DNA of 64,000 nt from Octopus vulgaris (Eukaryota), in NCBI GenBank assembly GCA_951406725.2, contig OX597838.1, positions 6,820,001 to 6,884,000 on the forward strand. Direction: 5' to 3'. The notes under the pieces were generated by a model. It was given only the letters and a program-made list of their open reading frames with translations. It did not search any database and had not been told where the DNA came from. How positions within the stretch are numbered: the stretch's first letter is position 1; each line of letters starts with the position of its first letter. The position numbers and the translations under genes were made by a program. Below are positions 41,217 to 55,160 of the stretch, piece after piece.

Positions 41217-42576
41217 CATCTTTACATACACATATATTTACCGATGTCTGCATATATGTACTTTTATGCATGCATGTGTGTATGCATTCGTGCATGTTGA
41301 CATGCATACATGTATTTGTGTGCGTATGTATACTCTTGCGTGCCTGTGCGCTCGTGTGTCTGTGAACGTCTGTGTGTATGTATGTATGCAACATCGGGCA
41401 CCGAAAGTGAATGAAAGTAAAAATAAAAGAGCGGTGGAAAGTGAGAGTGAAACGGAGAGGCAGAGAGAGAGAGAGAGAGAGAGAGTGTGAGAGAGTGAGG
41501 GAGAAGTAAATGTGAGCGAAATGTGCAAATAATGTGTGTCAGTGTGAGCGTGTTAGTATGCGTGTATGTGTATGTGTGTTTGTGTGTGTGTTTATGGGGG
41601 CGAGTGTGTGTGTTTGTGGGAGTGAGTGTGTTTGTTTGTGTATATGTGTACTTGTGTGCGAGGGAGAGAGAGAGAGAGATTCTATGTGTGAGGGAGAGAG
41701 AGAGAGAGTGTTTGTGTATGTGTTTGTGTGTGTTTGTGGGGTGAGTGTGTGCGTTTGTGTATATGTGTGCTTGTGTGTGAGAGAGAGAGAGAGAGGGGGT
41801 ATGTGTGTGCATCTGTGTGTGTGTGTGTGTGTATGTGTTTGTGGGGTGAGTGTGTGTTTGTGTGTGGGGGAGAGACTGAGAGAGAGAGAGAGAGTGTGTG
41901 TGTGTGTTTCTGTGTGTGCGTGCGTGAAACTGGATGAATGTACGGTAGGACGTACCGAACGAACGAATGAAGTAAAGCTATCTATACAAATAGCGATGGG
42001 CCGAATAAGGCAGGGAGAGAGAGAAAGAGAAGGAGTGAGAGTGAAAGAGAAGGAGTGAGAGAAAGAGAGATAGGGGAGGAGGAGGATGTGAGAAAGAGAG
42101 ATTAGAGAGACGTAGAGGAAAAGAGACAGAGCGAAAAGGAGAAAAAGTGTGTGGAAGTGAAAGACGAGTGAGGGTAAAGACTGTGAGAGGAAGGAAGAGA
42201 AATAGAAAGATAGTAAGTTTGTGAGTGAGGGAGGGAATGAGGAGTTTCTGAGTGAGTGAATGAGTGAGTGAGGGAGATAGTTAGGAAAGAATGAAATGAA
42301 ATATAGAGGTGGTATTAGAGATGAAGAAAGCGATGAGGCGAGAGTGAGAGAGTGAAAGAGAGTGAAGGAGAGTGAGAGAAAGAGAGAGAGAGACATTAAG
42401 TTTAGTAAGGAGAGAGCACTATCCAGAGTGAGATAGACAGAAAGAGAAAGAGGGAGAGAGAATGAAAGAGGAAGAGAGAGAGAGAGAGAGAGAGAAATAG
42501 AAAAATAATGAAAGACGGATTGATGTATTAGAGGAAGGAAAATAAAGAAGGAGATATAGAAAGGTGAGAAAGAGAT

Positions 42577-42609
<33 letters not shown>

Positions 42610-42840
42610 TAAAGAGATAGAGAGACAGAGAAAAAAAAGAGAGAGAGAGAGAGAGTGAGAAATTACGGTGATTTCGAAAAAGAGACAAACAGAGTGTGTA
42701 GGAGATAGGAAATGCATGGAATAGAGGAAGAGAGGAATAGAGGAATAGAATTTTAGAGGAATAGAGAAGAAGTAAAAAGACGAGCAGTAGATAGAACGAC
42801 GAAAGCCAAGCTTCGCAGTAAAAGCGAATACTTTGCCATC

Positions 42841-42916
42841 ATGACTTATATACAACGCTTCAACTCCTTTGGATATCCTTACACGATCTTCATCGGATTC
42901 ATGGCAGCTATGAACG
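42841..42916 (+). other. Candidate first coding exon MTYIQRFNSFGYPYTIFIGFMAAMN (phase 1)
   Basis: gccatcATGA start context, 25 open codons, consensus G|gtaagt donor at 42917. No homolog recognised. Confidence 0.3.
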
Positions 42917-43221
42917 GTAAGTAAAACGCCAAACCGTAACATCCACACGTGTGGGGGGGGGGGGAAACACATACACGCACGCACACATACACCTACAAAC
43001 ACATACACATACATACACACACACATATATATATATATATAAATATACATATACATATACAAATATATGGTGCACGTACATTAAGTTTAGGGCACCATAC
43101 ATACACACGTGTATGTATATATACATATATATATATATATGTGTGTGTGTGTGGGTAGGTGTGTGAGTGTGGGTGTGTGTGTATGTGTACGTATGTGTGT
43201 GCATAAATATATATACACACA

Positions 43222-43264
<43 letters not shown>

Positions 43265-43281
43265 ACACATATACATATATG

Positions 43282-43332
<51 letters not shown>

Positions 43333-44196
43333 ATAGATATATATGTATGTATACATATACATATATATATACACACACATATATATATGTGTGTGTGTAC
43401 GTATGTATGTATGTATGTATTTAAGAATGCATATGTAGGTTCTTATGTGTTTACAAATAAACATGAGCGGAAAATGTAGTATTTATATACAAGCATATAT
43501 GTGTATGTGTGTGTGTATGTGTGCGTGTATGTGTCTGTGTGTGTGTACGTGTGTGTGTGTATGTGTCTGTGTGTGCGTCTGTGCATGTATGTATATGCAT
43601 GTGTATAAAGCTTGAGTGCGTTTCTACAGGTATGTAAACAAAACAACATCGTCGTTTCTTTCGATAACATGTAAACTCTTTGTGTGCAAGTGTGTGTATG
43701 TATGTATGTGTGTGTGAGTGTGTAAGTGTGTGTGTGTGCATGCATGTGTGTATGTGTGTATATATCTGGATTCATTCGCGTGTTGTAGATTGCATCAAAG
43801 TCGGTAGTAATTCTTCGAAAAATATTACATATTAATCTCTAAATTATATACAGCTGATTCCATATATATATATATATATACACACATACATATAAGTGTG
43901 TATATATAAACTCAATGCATTTTCTGTGTATGGGATGGTAGCGTCACCTGAAAGTTCTCCGAAAGAGCGCCGAATTCGATGACGGTTCAAACCTCGCCAC
44001 GGCCCGACGCTTGCGTCCCACGTTCACTTTCCACACACCTATCATACAAAGCATGAATATAACGACATCCCGTTTCAAATAAACTATTGGTTTATCTATC
44101 TGTCTGTCTTTATTGTTCATCTGTCCCATTATCAATATATGTATCTAAATCTCTATCTATTCATTTATTTTTCTACCCAACTATCCCTCTGTATAC

Positions 44197-44268
<72 letters not shown>

Positions 44269-44529
44269 ATATATATATATATATATCTATATATATATAT
44301 ATATATATATGTATAGATATATGTATTAAGCGATGTTATGGATAACTCTTGTTATATAGAATAGTTTCCGAAACAGAGCTTTATTCGCTTCGATGCCGGT
44401 TGCTTTAGTGTTCCCATCAGCAGCAGATCCAGGTCGGTTTCGATCCAATTTTCAAGGTACACTTAATAGATTTACAAACACCAGTTCTATTCTCGCCTCC
44501 TCTCTCACTCCCTTTCTATATATCACACA

Positions 44530-44585
<56 letters not shown>

Positions 44586-45088
44586 CTCTCACGCTCTCTT
44601 TTTCACTCTCTATCTTTCTCACACATACACACACATAGCGCTTATAAATGTTCTTCTGTATGATATATTCGTGACAGTGTGCGCGTGTGTCCGAGTTTAT
44701 GTGTGGTTGTGTATACCGCGCACTCGCCTTGATTCGGCAGAGTCGTCGGTGAGTTTAACAAAATATCTCTTTGCTTTTTCTTTCCTCCGAATTTGTTCCG
44801 GATCTTTATATTCTGTGTTCAAATCTCGCCGTGGTCGACTTTGCTGTCCAATCACATAGCTCACAAATAGTGTCCTGGCTCGATGTGATAATAACTGCAA
44901 CTATTGCCCCAACTGTGACTCCTCCTACCTCTTCCCCGACCCAAATTGCCTGACTTTATGCGTGATCGTACCAAGTTGAGTTCAACTCCGTTGTAACTTG
45001 GGCACGTGTATCTTTCTGCAGCCTCGGACCCTCCGAAGCCTTGTGAGTTGCTGTGCTAGACGGAAACTGAAAGAAGCCCGTCCTGTAC

Positions 45089-45155
<67 letters not shown>

Positions 45156-45428
45156 CATATATTATATTTTATTATATTATATTATATTTTTTTGTGTCTT
45201 TACGTTTGTGTTTGTCTCCTGCTACCGCTTGTGAACCGATGTTGGTTTGCTTGCGTCCCTTTAAGCTAGCAGTTCGGCAGCAAACCATTACAACTGAGTC
45301 AGTAGTATGTTGGTTTTTTTTTAAAGTAAGTAACAAAGTTTATTTGTTCGGTTAAACTCGTCAATGAGGTGCCCCAGCACGGCCGCGTTCCCATTACTGT
45401 AATAAGTAAACGAGAAAATACACATATA

Positions 45429-45760
<332 letters not shown>

Positions 45761-46344
45761 TAAGGATTTAATCGTGTATTCCATATCCTACAATCAATTT
45801 AGTTTCTGGGATACCCCGTGTTTATCTGTGCTATAGCATCGTTAGTATTCGAACTCGCTAATTCTAGGGACGTAACTGCAGAACTCAGCCATTCAACAGG
45901 TGTGTATCGTTCGCACAGACGTTCGCACCGTCTTTCCACCTTCCAAATTAACTTACACTGGTCCCAGTGTTATCTGATGGTAAGTCACAACCGGGTAACG
46001 AACCCCCTTCATGAAGCGGGTGGTCGGATGGCTTACTTTCGATTCTGCCAAATCTGGTACCAGGTTTCGAAACGGTTAACGTGTATGTTTCGGGTATACA
46101 ATAATGTTACACTCGTTCATACGGGATGTGAGGGAAGGACAGAAGAAAACAGAGAATCAATGAGTGGGACTATAACAGACAATAAAGGTATATTGTGTAC
46201 GTATGTTTGTACAGCACTCTCGCTCTTTATCTCTCCCTCTCTCCCTCTCTCTCTCTTTCTCTCTCTCCGTCTTTCTTACGATCTCTCCTTTCTATTTATG
46301 TTGAGGAATCAATAGATAAACAGATTGATAGCCAGACGATTAGA

Positions 46345-46375
<31 letters not shown>

Positions 46376-46429
46376 GCAGATAGATAGATAGATTGATAGA
46401 TAGATCGATAGATAGACAGACAGACAGGC

Positions 46430-46498
<69 letters not shown>

Positions 46499-46537
46499 CG
46501 CAGATAGACAGATAGATAGATAGATACGCAGACAGAC

Positions 46538-46571
<34 letters not shown>

Positions 46572-46695
46572 GTAGACAGCTAGACATATAGAGAGATAGA
46601 TAGATAGGTATACAGCTAGACATATAGAGAGATAGATAGATAGGTAGGTAGACAGCTAGACATATAGAGAGATAGATAGATAGGTAGCTAGACAT

Positions 46696-46744
<49 letters not shown>

Positions 46745-46961
46745 GAGACGTAATTACTTTTTGGTGAGGGTGTTAATTCTACAGAGTGAGGCTTGTTTTG
46801 CGTCTGATTCTTTAACCGGGTGGCCACACGCGATTTCGAGTAAGGTAGTTCCTCGTACGGTGCTCAAGGCAATACCCCCGAAATCAATAGCAGCGCCAGT
46901 TGAATGGCAATTTGCCGTGAACTACCGTTTTATGCAGAAGAATTTTGTTTTTCTCCCACAG

Positions 46962-47011
46962 ACACCGACCGATACCCTAAAAGGTACCTGGTTAAGCACC
47001 GGTCGGTCTAA
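46962..47011 (+). other. Candidate exon (22-nt microexon or terminal exon xTDRYPKRYLVKHRSV*)
   Basis: Strong acceptor ttttgtttttctcccacag, AAG|gtacct possible donor, in-frame TAA at 47009-47011. Confidence 0.3.
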
Positions 47012-47175
47012 TAAGAATTCTTGTGTTCCTGCGTGTTTGTGGTGGACGTGCGTGTGTGTGTGTGTATGAGCGTGTGTCTGGGTGAAAACTTCTCCAGTTG
47101 GTCCCGGGTTCAGTTCCACTGCATGGTATATTTGGCCGGTGTCTTTCTTATATATATGTCATATATATGTATGTG

Positions 47176-47230
<55 letters not shown>

Positions 47231-47411
47231 AAATAATAAATAGAACATATGCATATATACATACATATATGTACGTACCTACATCTATATGTATATATAC
47301 ATGCATATATGAGTACAGGACACAAAAAAAAACGCCGAACACAATGAGAAACAAAAACATAGAAACAAAACTAAGGAAACGGACATTTCTCTTAAACAAC
47401 AAAAAACAGAG

Positions 47412-47472
<61 letters not shown>

Positions 47473-48119
47473 GTGTGTGTGTGTATGAATGGATATATAT
47501 ATATATATATATATATATTTAAATGTATACGATCTGTTTTATATATGATGTAAGGAAATCTATACAAATTGATTGATTATTGATTGATTGATTCTAGTTT
47601 CAGCCTATGAGCTGTGGCCATGCTGGGGCACCGCCATTTATATTCGTAAGAAAAAAATAAAAGAAAAAACATTGCCATGACATAAGTGGACCATTTAAGA
47701 TAGGTGACCCAAGTATAGACACTTGCCACATGCATAGATAGATACGTGCATTTCTGCAACACAGTCTCACAAACATGCGCATAAACACGCATGCGCACAT
47801 GCACATATGCCCCCCCCCCACCACACACACACAGATATGTCCGATACGCAGCGATGAGAAATGTGAAACGTCCTACATTAAGTAATGGCAGACATGTGCA
47901 GCCTGCTATCGATGTGAATGTGTGTTTGTGTTTATTGCATATGCATATATGCACGGATGCGTATACAGGCGTCTGCCCGTGTGTTTCTTTGCGCGTGTGT
48001 ATATATCGGTAAATGTGTGCGTGTGTGCGTGTGTGTGTGTTTGTGTCTGTGTTTGTGTCTGTGTGTGTATGTGTGTGCATATGGTTGTGTATATGTGTAT
48101 GTTTGTTTTTGTTTTTTGT

Positions 48120-48332
48120 TTTTCCAGTTTCAGCTCTTGAGCTGTGGCCATGCTGGGGCACCGCCATTGTGGTGAAAGAGTACAGCAGGGATCACCACTA
48201 TCCCCTGCCGGAGCCTCGTAGAGCTTTTAGGTGTTTTCGCTCAATAAACACACACAACGCCCGGTCTGAGAATCGAAACCGCGATCCTGCGACCGCGAGT
48301 CCGCTGCCCTAACCACTAGGCCATTGCACCTC
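48120..48332 (-). mobile_element. SINE B tail fused to SINE C 5' half
   Basis: gctgtggccatgctggggcaccgcc followed by gtgaaagagtacagcaggg...gagtccgctgccctaaccactaggccattgc. Confidence 0.8.
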
Positions 48333-48885
48333 TATGTATGTATGTATTTTTCTATGCATGTTTGAGGTTGTGTGTGGACATATCGTTGTGTGTATATGGA
48401 GATATCGGTGTATGTGTGTATATGTTTATATCTACATACGTAGAAATCGGTTTATGTGTGTGTGTATGTGTATGTGTGTGTGTGTATCTGTGCGTGTGTA
48501 TGTGTGTGTGTATGTGTGTGTATGTGCGTGTGTGAGTATGTGTGTGGGCCTGTGTGTGCGCGTGTGTATATACCCGTACGAGCTTGTATGTAAGCGTGGA
48601 TGTGCCGATGTTTGTGTGTGTATGTTTATGTGTTTGTGCGTGTGTGTTTGTATGTGTGTGTATATATTGCCATGAGTTCGTATATGAGTGTGGACATATC
48701 GGAGTATGTGTGTATGTGTTCATATATACATGCGTAGAAATCAGCGTGTGTATGTGTGTGTGTATGTACTTGTACGTGCATATATACGTATATCGGTGTG
48801 TTAATATGCGCATGTGCATATACAAGCATATCGGTGATGTGTGTATAAAATGGGTGTGCTTGTATGTATGTATGTATGTATGTGG

Positions 48886-48949
<64 letters not shown>

Positions 48950-49456
48950 GTTAGTAGGTAGTTAAGTAGGTAGGTAGGTTGGTAGGTAGTTACGTACGTA
49001 TGGACGTAGGTGTGTACACCTGAAACGCATACCCGGTTGGCTGGCTTTCCGGATTGCTGGTCGGCCGACGAGCCGTTCGGCAGGCTGGCTTGAAGGTGGC
49101 TACCTGACTAGCTAATGTGTAGGTTCGAGCTGTAGTAATTATCATTGTTGTTCAGCTTAAGGGGTAATCTCTCTCTGATAATGGGTTTCCCCTCGTGACA
49201 CCCCCGTTATAATTGTACCGGTATATCTGAATATTTTAGGCCTTCCATACATTATAACACTACACGTCCTATTTAAAGTTCAGAACAATGTCATTTCAAC
49301 AATTTTTCGCTGTTATTTCTAGCATGCCTTACGGCTAATTAAACGCTTCTCACTCAGGGTTGTATAGATTGTTGAGTGACCCATCAGATTTTGACGGTAA
49401 TTGTGTGCTTATGTGTGTGTGTGTGTGTGTGTTTATGAACATAGATACTTACATAG

Positions 49457-49517
<61 letters not shown>

Positions 49518-49588
49518 CATGTATCTATCTACCTGTCTGCCTTATCTATCTATATGTATGTCTGTCTATCTGCCTATGTGTGCCTATA

Positions 49589-49689
<101 letters not shown>

Positions 49690-50415
49690 GTATGTCTGTC
49701 TCTCTATCTATCCATCCATCCATCCCTCCGTCTATCTATTTATCGATCTACCTCTATCTATCTATAAATATAGAATGATATTGTAACCAGGAGGTGATTA
49801 TCACATTCTTTTAAAGCCGGTAATATGTGTTCTGGGATAAGTTTGGCTCTTACCGCGTACCCTTGGAATCGGAGAGACTATACTGCATACTTACGTTTGG
49901 GTCGAAAGAAAGATTGAAAGTGAGACAGAGAGAGGGATAGAGAAAAAGAGAGAGAGAGAGAGAGGGAGAGAGGGAGGCGCCTATTTATGTAGTGAGTATA
50001 CGTATGCGAGCAGGTTAAGCGGTACCAAGTTCGATTCTAGTTTAATTTTCAAAGTTTGTTATATTTCCTAAATACAGTTTTCAGGGTCCGGCGCTCTTCT
50101 TGAGTGAACGGTAGTCGTTCTGATGATGAAAGAGTTCGTTCAGTCTGCGAAGCTTGGCTTTAGAATTCATTCCATCACAGTCCTGTATAAAACAACAGGC
50201 CCCGGCTAAATATCCCACTAAAATGTTATGGGTAACTTTATACAGACGCACAATCGTATATGCATATGTGTATATGTACGGTTTTGTGTAAGGGGTAGGA
50301 ATGAGTTCGGATGCAAACACACATACACATACAAGCACATATATTTTCTGTTTGGTGGTTTTTGCCTGTTCCACACGGGACAACTTGTTAACTATAATAA
50401 CATACACACAGATAT

Positions 50416-50677
50416 CTTTTTGTTTTCTTTTTGCGCCCTTTTAAAGCCTAGCCAGGCTCATGGGCCGGGTTTCTCGGTTTCAATGGTGTATGTGTTCCCC
50501 AGCTGGACAGGACGCCAGTCCATCGAAACGTTACTCATTTTTGCCAGCTGAGTGGACTGGAGCAACGTGAAATGAAGTGTTTTGCTCAAGAACACAACAC
50601 GTTGCCCGGTCCAGAAATCGAAACCACAATCTTACGAGCATGGTGTTGACACCCTAATCACTAAGCCACTCGCCTCC
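50416..50677 (-). mobile_element. SINE family C variant (CORE-like plus V-domain-like) with 12-bp TSD
   Basis: TSD acacacagatat at 50404-50415 and 50680-50691. Minus strand carries cttgagcaaaacacttc..ccactcagctgg..cgatggactggcgtcctgtccag. Confidence 0.82.
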
Positions 50678-51049
50678 ACACACACAGATATATGTACGGG
50701 TATATATACACTGGGAAGATTGGCACTCGGTCGTTTGCGACAAGGGTGCCAGCTGATTCAAAAAACCGAACAGCCAGCACGCGGTGAGGGTGGGTGTATA
50801 GGAGAGTGGAGCAGATGTGTCAATGCATATCCAGGATTTTGACCGAGGGTTTTCAAAATCATTAAAATAAACGCTAGATTGTAATTAATTTCTGTATGAA
50901 TTTGGATCTGCTGCCAGAGAAACGGTTTCGTTTCAACCCGTAACTTTTCCTTCTTCCTTGGTTGTGTATATCTATGGATGTACGTGTGGGACATGAATGA
51001 AATCGCGTGGATCTGTACAAACACACATGTTGTTGTTTGTTCTTCGCTC

Positions 51050-51305
51050 ATAAGGGTCGGGTTGCCGGTTTCATTGGCGTATAGGTTCGCCACCTGGACG
51101 GGTCGCCGGTCCATCTCAGTTGGGCTGCTAGATGCAGGAGGGAAGAGTGAGAGAAAGTTGTGACGAAAGAGTCAGCAGAAGTTTGCCATTACCTTCTGCC
51201 GGAGCCGCGTAGAGCTTAGGTGTTTCGCTCAAAACACACACACACACATCGCCCGGTCTGAGATTCGAACACGCAATCCCTCACCCGCGAGTCCGCTGCA
51301 CTAGC
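51050..51305 (-). mobile_element. SINE family C variant
   Basis: gtgagagaaagttgtg..gcccggtctgagattcgaac..gcgagtccgctgc. Confidence 0.8.
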
Positions 51306-51554
51306 CACTTTAAAATAAATGCTAGATAGTAATTAATTTCTGTATGAATTTGGATCTGCCGTCAGCGAAACGGTTTCGTTTCAACCTGTACCGCTTCCTT
51401 GGTTGTGTATATGTACGGGTGTGTGTAAGGTGTATGAATGAGTTCAGGTGCAAGCACACATACACACACAAGCACTTTTATTTCCTATTTGGTGGTTTTG
51501 CCGGTTCCAGACAGGACAACTTGTTAACTATAATCATATACACACAGATATATA

Positions 51555-51770
51555 TTTCGTTACTGCCAACAAGGGGCTAAACATAGAAGGGACGAACAGG
51601 ACAGACAAAGGGATTAAGTCGATTACATCGACCCCAGTGAGAAACTGGTACTTTAGTTATCGTCCCCAAAGTAGACCTCGGCGGAATTTGAACTCAGAAC
51701 GTAACGGCAGACGAAATACTGCTAAGCATTTCGCCCGCTGTGCTAACGTTTCTGCCAGCTCGCCGCCTTT
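51555..51770 (-). mobile_element. SINE family A with TSD
   Basis: TSD acacacagatat at 51540-51551 and 51771-51782. Confidence 0.9.
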
Positions 51771-51809
51771 ACACACAGATATATGTACGCGTATACACAG
51801 AGAAGATTG

Positions 51810-52130
51810 ACACTCCGTCGGTTGCGACGATGAGGGTTCCAGCTGATCCTACCAACGGAACAGCCAGCTCGTGAAATTAACATGCGAGTGGCTGAGCACT
51901 CCACAGGCATGCGTACACTTAAGGTAGTTCTCAGGGTAATTCAGGGTGACACAGACTGTGACAAGACTGGCCATTTGAACTACAGGTACTTATTCATATT
52001 TGCCAGCTGAGTGAACTGGAGCAACGTGAAATAAAGCGTCTTGATCAACGATGTAACGCGACACCAACAATCGAAATCAAGACCGTACGGTCGTGAATCG
52101 GACAGTCTGAACACTACACCACCAAACCAC
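51810..52130 (-). mobile_element. SINE family D
   Basis: Homologous to 8258-8550. A partial tail copy also lies at 50705-50785. Confidence 0.8.
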
Positions 52131-52148
52131 GTGTGTATATATATAAGT

Positions 52149-52254
<106 letters not shown>

Positions 52255-52277
52255 CATACATACATATGTGTGTGTGT

Positions 52278-52585
52278 GGAGGCGCAATGGCCCAGTTGTT
52301 AGGGCAGCGGGCTCGCGGTTGTAGGATCGCGGTTTCGATTCCCAGACCGGGTTTCGTGAGTGTTTATTGAGCGAAAAACACCTAAAACTCCACGCGGCTC
52401 CAGCAGGGGGTGGTGGCGATCCCTGCTGTACTCCTTCGACACAACTTTCTCTCACTCTTTCTTCCGTTGGCCTGTTCGCTTAGCCAGCTGGGTGGCATCA
52501 ATTGAAGGCTAAAACAATGCGGAGCGCATTGTGACCAGCGATGTGTAGCAACATCTGATAGCCTGGTCAGTCACAGTGATCACGA
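52278..52585 (+). mobile_element. SINE family C, full length
   Basis: ggaggcgcaatggcccag..ggtttcgattccc head and gtgatcacgatgat tail. Confidence 0.9.
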
Positions 52586-52886
52586 TGATATATATATATA
52601 TATATAGATATAGATATAGACATATATATACACACACACATACACTTTTGTGCAAACTTAAGTATACAGTATAAAGAAATCACGTACAATACTCATTCAT
52701 TTTTATGAAAAAATTTAAAAGTTTGCTTCATATTTAATATTTTCACTGTCATTCATCGCAGAAATTCATTTATCAAAACTATAATAATACTTTTATCGAA
52801 ACTTTTATATATTTTTTTGATGAAAAATATATGAGTATCGTACGTGTTTTCTTTTTTTAATAACTGTCTACTTACTTTTGCGCCCG

Positions 52887-52945
<59 letters not shown>

Positions 52946-53526
52946 CACACACCCACATATATTTGTGTGTATGTATATCGTACAAATTTACAGAAAACAA
53001 AAGACGAAGACAGGTGAGAGAACAAGACAGGTGTACTAGTTTGACGCCATAAACACATATATATATATATATATATATACATATATGCATGTATGTATAA
53101 GTCTATATATACATGCAACTGTGTGTGTGTTTTCTTTACGATTTATTTTTTCTTATGGATAATTGAAGCTGGCCACAAACCAAGTAGGAAGGCTCCTGTG
53201 TTTTATTAAGTGTTGGGGATTTGTTTGTCGTCTGAACTGGTTAGTGTGTGTGTATATATGTATGTTCTGCTCATAGATAGCTTACATGTGTGCGTGGTGG
53301 ATGTGCGTTTCGCTTTAAGTATATGTGTATGTATGAATGGATATATGCATGTAAGAGTGCACGTATGTATATATGTATGCATGATGTATGTAGGTAGGAA
53401 AGTACGAAGATAGATTGGTGTAACTGTTGGCACGTTGGTAGGTAGGCAAATATGAGTGCATGTATGGATTTGTGTATATGTGTGTCTGTATGTGTGACCG
53501 GCCGGTCCGATATGTTCTTTCCATCT

Positions 53527-53929
53527 AAGGCGGCAAGCTGGCAGAATCGTTAGCACGTCGGGCGAAAATGCTTAGAGGTATTTCGTCCGCCGTTACGTTC
53601 TGAGTTCAAATTCCGCCGAGGTCGACTTTGCCTTTCATCCTTTCGGGGTCGATTAAATAAGTACCAGTTACGCACTGGGGTCGATATACTCGACTTAATC
53701 CGTTTGTCTACCCTTGTTTGTCCACTCTATGTTTAGCCCCTTGTGGGTAGTAAAGAAATAGGTATTTCGTCTGCCGTTACATTCCGTGTTCAAATCCCAC
53801 CGAGTTCAACTTTCCCTTTCATCCTTTCAGGGTCGATACATTAAGTACTACTTGCCTACTGAGGTCGATCTATAACGATTGGCTCCCACCCCTAAAAATT
53901 CGGCACTTACGCCTAGAGTACAAAAGTAG
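53527..53929 (+). mobile_element. Composite (dimeric) SINE family A with 17-bp TSD
   Basis: TSD atgttc(t/c)ttccatctaa at 53512-53528 and 53930-53946. Internal junction aaagaaata|ggtatttcg at 53760. Confidence 0.9.
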
Positions 53930-53995
53930 ATGTTCCTTCCATCTAACTTTCCCCTTTGTACTATTGGATCAAAAGAGGAGACACTGCTGCTGCTG

Positions 53996-54058
<63 letters not shown>

Positions 54059-54089
54059 TTGGTACTACTACTACTACTACTACTATTGG

Positions 54090-54136
<47 letters not shown>

Positions 54137-54627
54137 TTGCTGGTGGTGCAATCGGTCGACAGGGACGGTGTAATACCAGACTAAGTGGCAAACGCTGTAT
54201 AGTTTTCTTTTCCCTTGGTTCTGCGTTCAAATCCAACAGGGGATGAACTTTTTCGTTTGATCGTTCAGTCGGGTCAATAAAACAAATCAAACCTCCGGAT
54301 CGATAGGTTTTGTTTTACTTTCATTTATACAGTTATTTATTTATTTATTTATTTATTTATCTTACTTATTGGTATCGATTATGCTATACAGCTCTAGATA
54401 CAAACGTTTCCCCGTCGAAGAATATGTCTGCCGCCTCCCCCCCACCCCACCCCACCCCGAATATTCCCGTTGCATAAATGAAAACCATTAGGAACGCTGT
54501 TAACAGCATCAGGTGTCTTTACATGGGTCATTGAAATGCTAAAAATAGCAGTCAACTCTCCCTCTTTCAATTGGACTAGACTTACGTAACACGTGGAATT
54601 AAGTATAACGGATAATTACCTCCAATA

Positions 54628-54628
54628 G

Positions 54629-54661
<33 letters not shown>

Positions 54662-55160
54662 TATTATCGTCATCGTCATCATCATTATTATCGTCATCGT
54701 CGTCGTCATCATCATCATCATCGTCGTCGTCATCATCGTCGTCGTCGTCGTCGTCATCATCATCATCATCATCATCATCTTCATCATCATCATCATCATC
54801 ATTATTATCGTCATCTTCATCATCATCATCATCATCATTATTATCGTCATCGTCATCATCATTATTATCGTCATCGTCGTCGTCATCATCATCATCATCG
54901 TCGTCGTCATCATCGTCGTCGTCGTCGTCGTCATCATCATCATCATCATCATCATCTTCATCATCTTCATCATCATCATTATTATCGTCATCTTCATCAT
55001 CATCATCATCATCATTATTATCGTCATCGTCATCCTCATTATCATCGTCATCGTCGTCGTCATCATCATCATCGTCGTCATCATCATCATCGTCGTCGTC
55101 ATCATCATCCTCGTCATCATCATCTTCATCATCGTCGTCGTCGTCGTCATCATCATCATC
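54628..55160. repeat. (TCA)/(TCG)/(TTA) trinucleotide array with higher-order duplication
   Basis: The pattern of blocks repeats at roughly 180-bp spacing. Confidence 0.9.

Noticed and set aside
46921-46929. 9-nt complementarity to 50107-50115
   Set aside because: Short, breaks the nesting order, and the bases are already used in a local hairpin.
50117-50145. Hammerhead ribozyme or C/D snoRNA motif (CTGATGA-T-GAAA)
   Set aside because: No stem II/III or D-box arrangement. The segment is better explained as a partner of 42802-42842.
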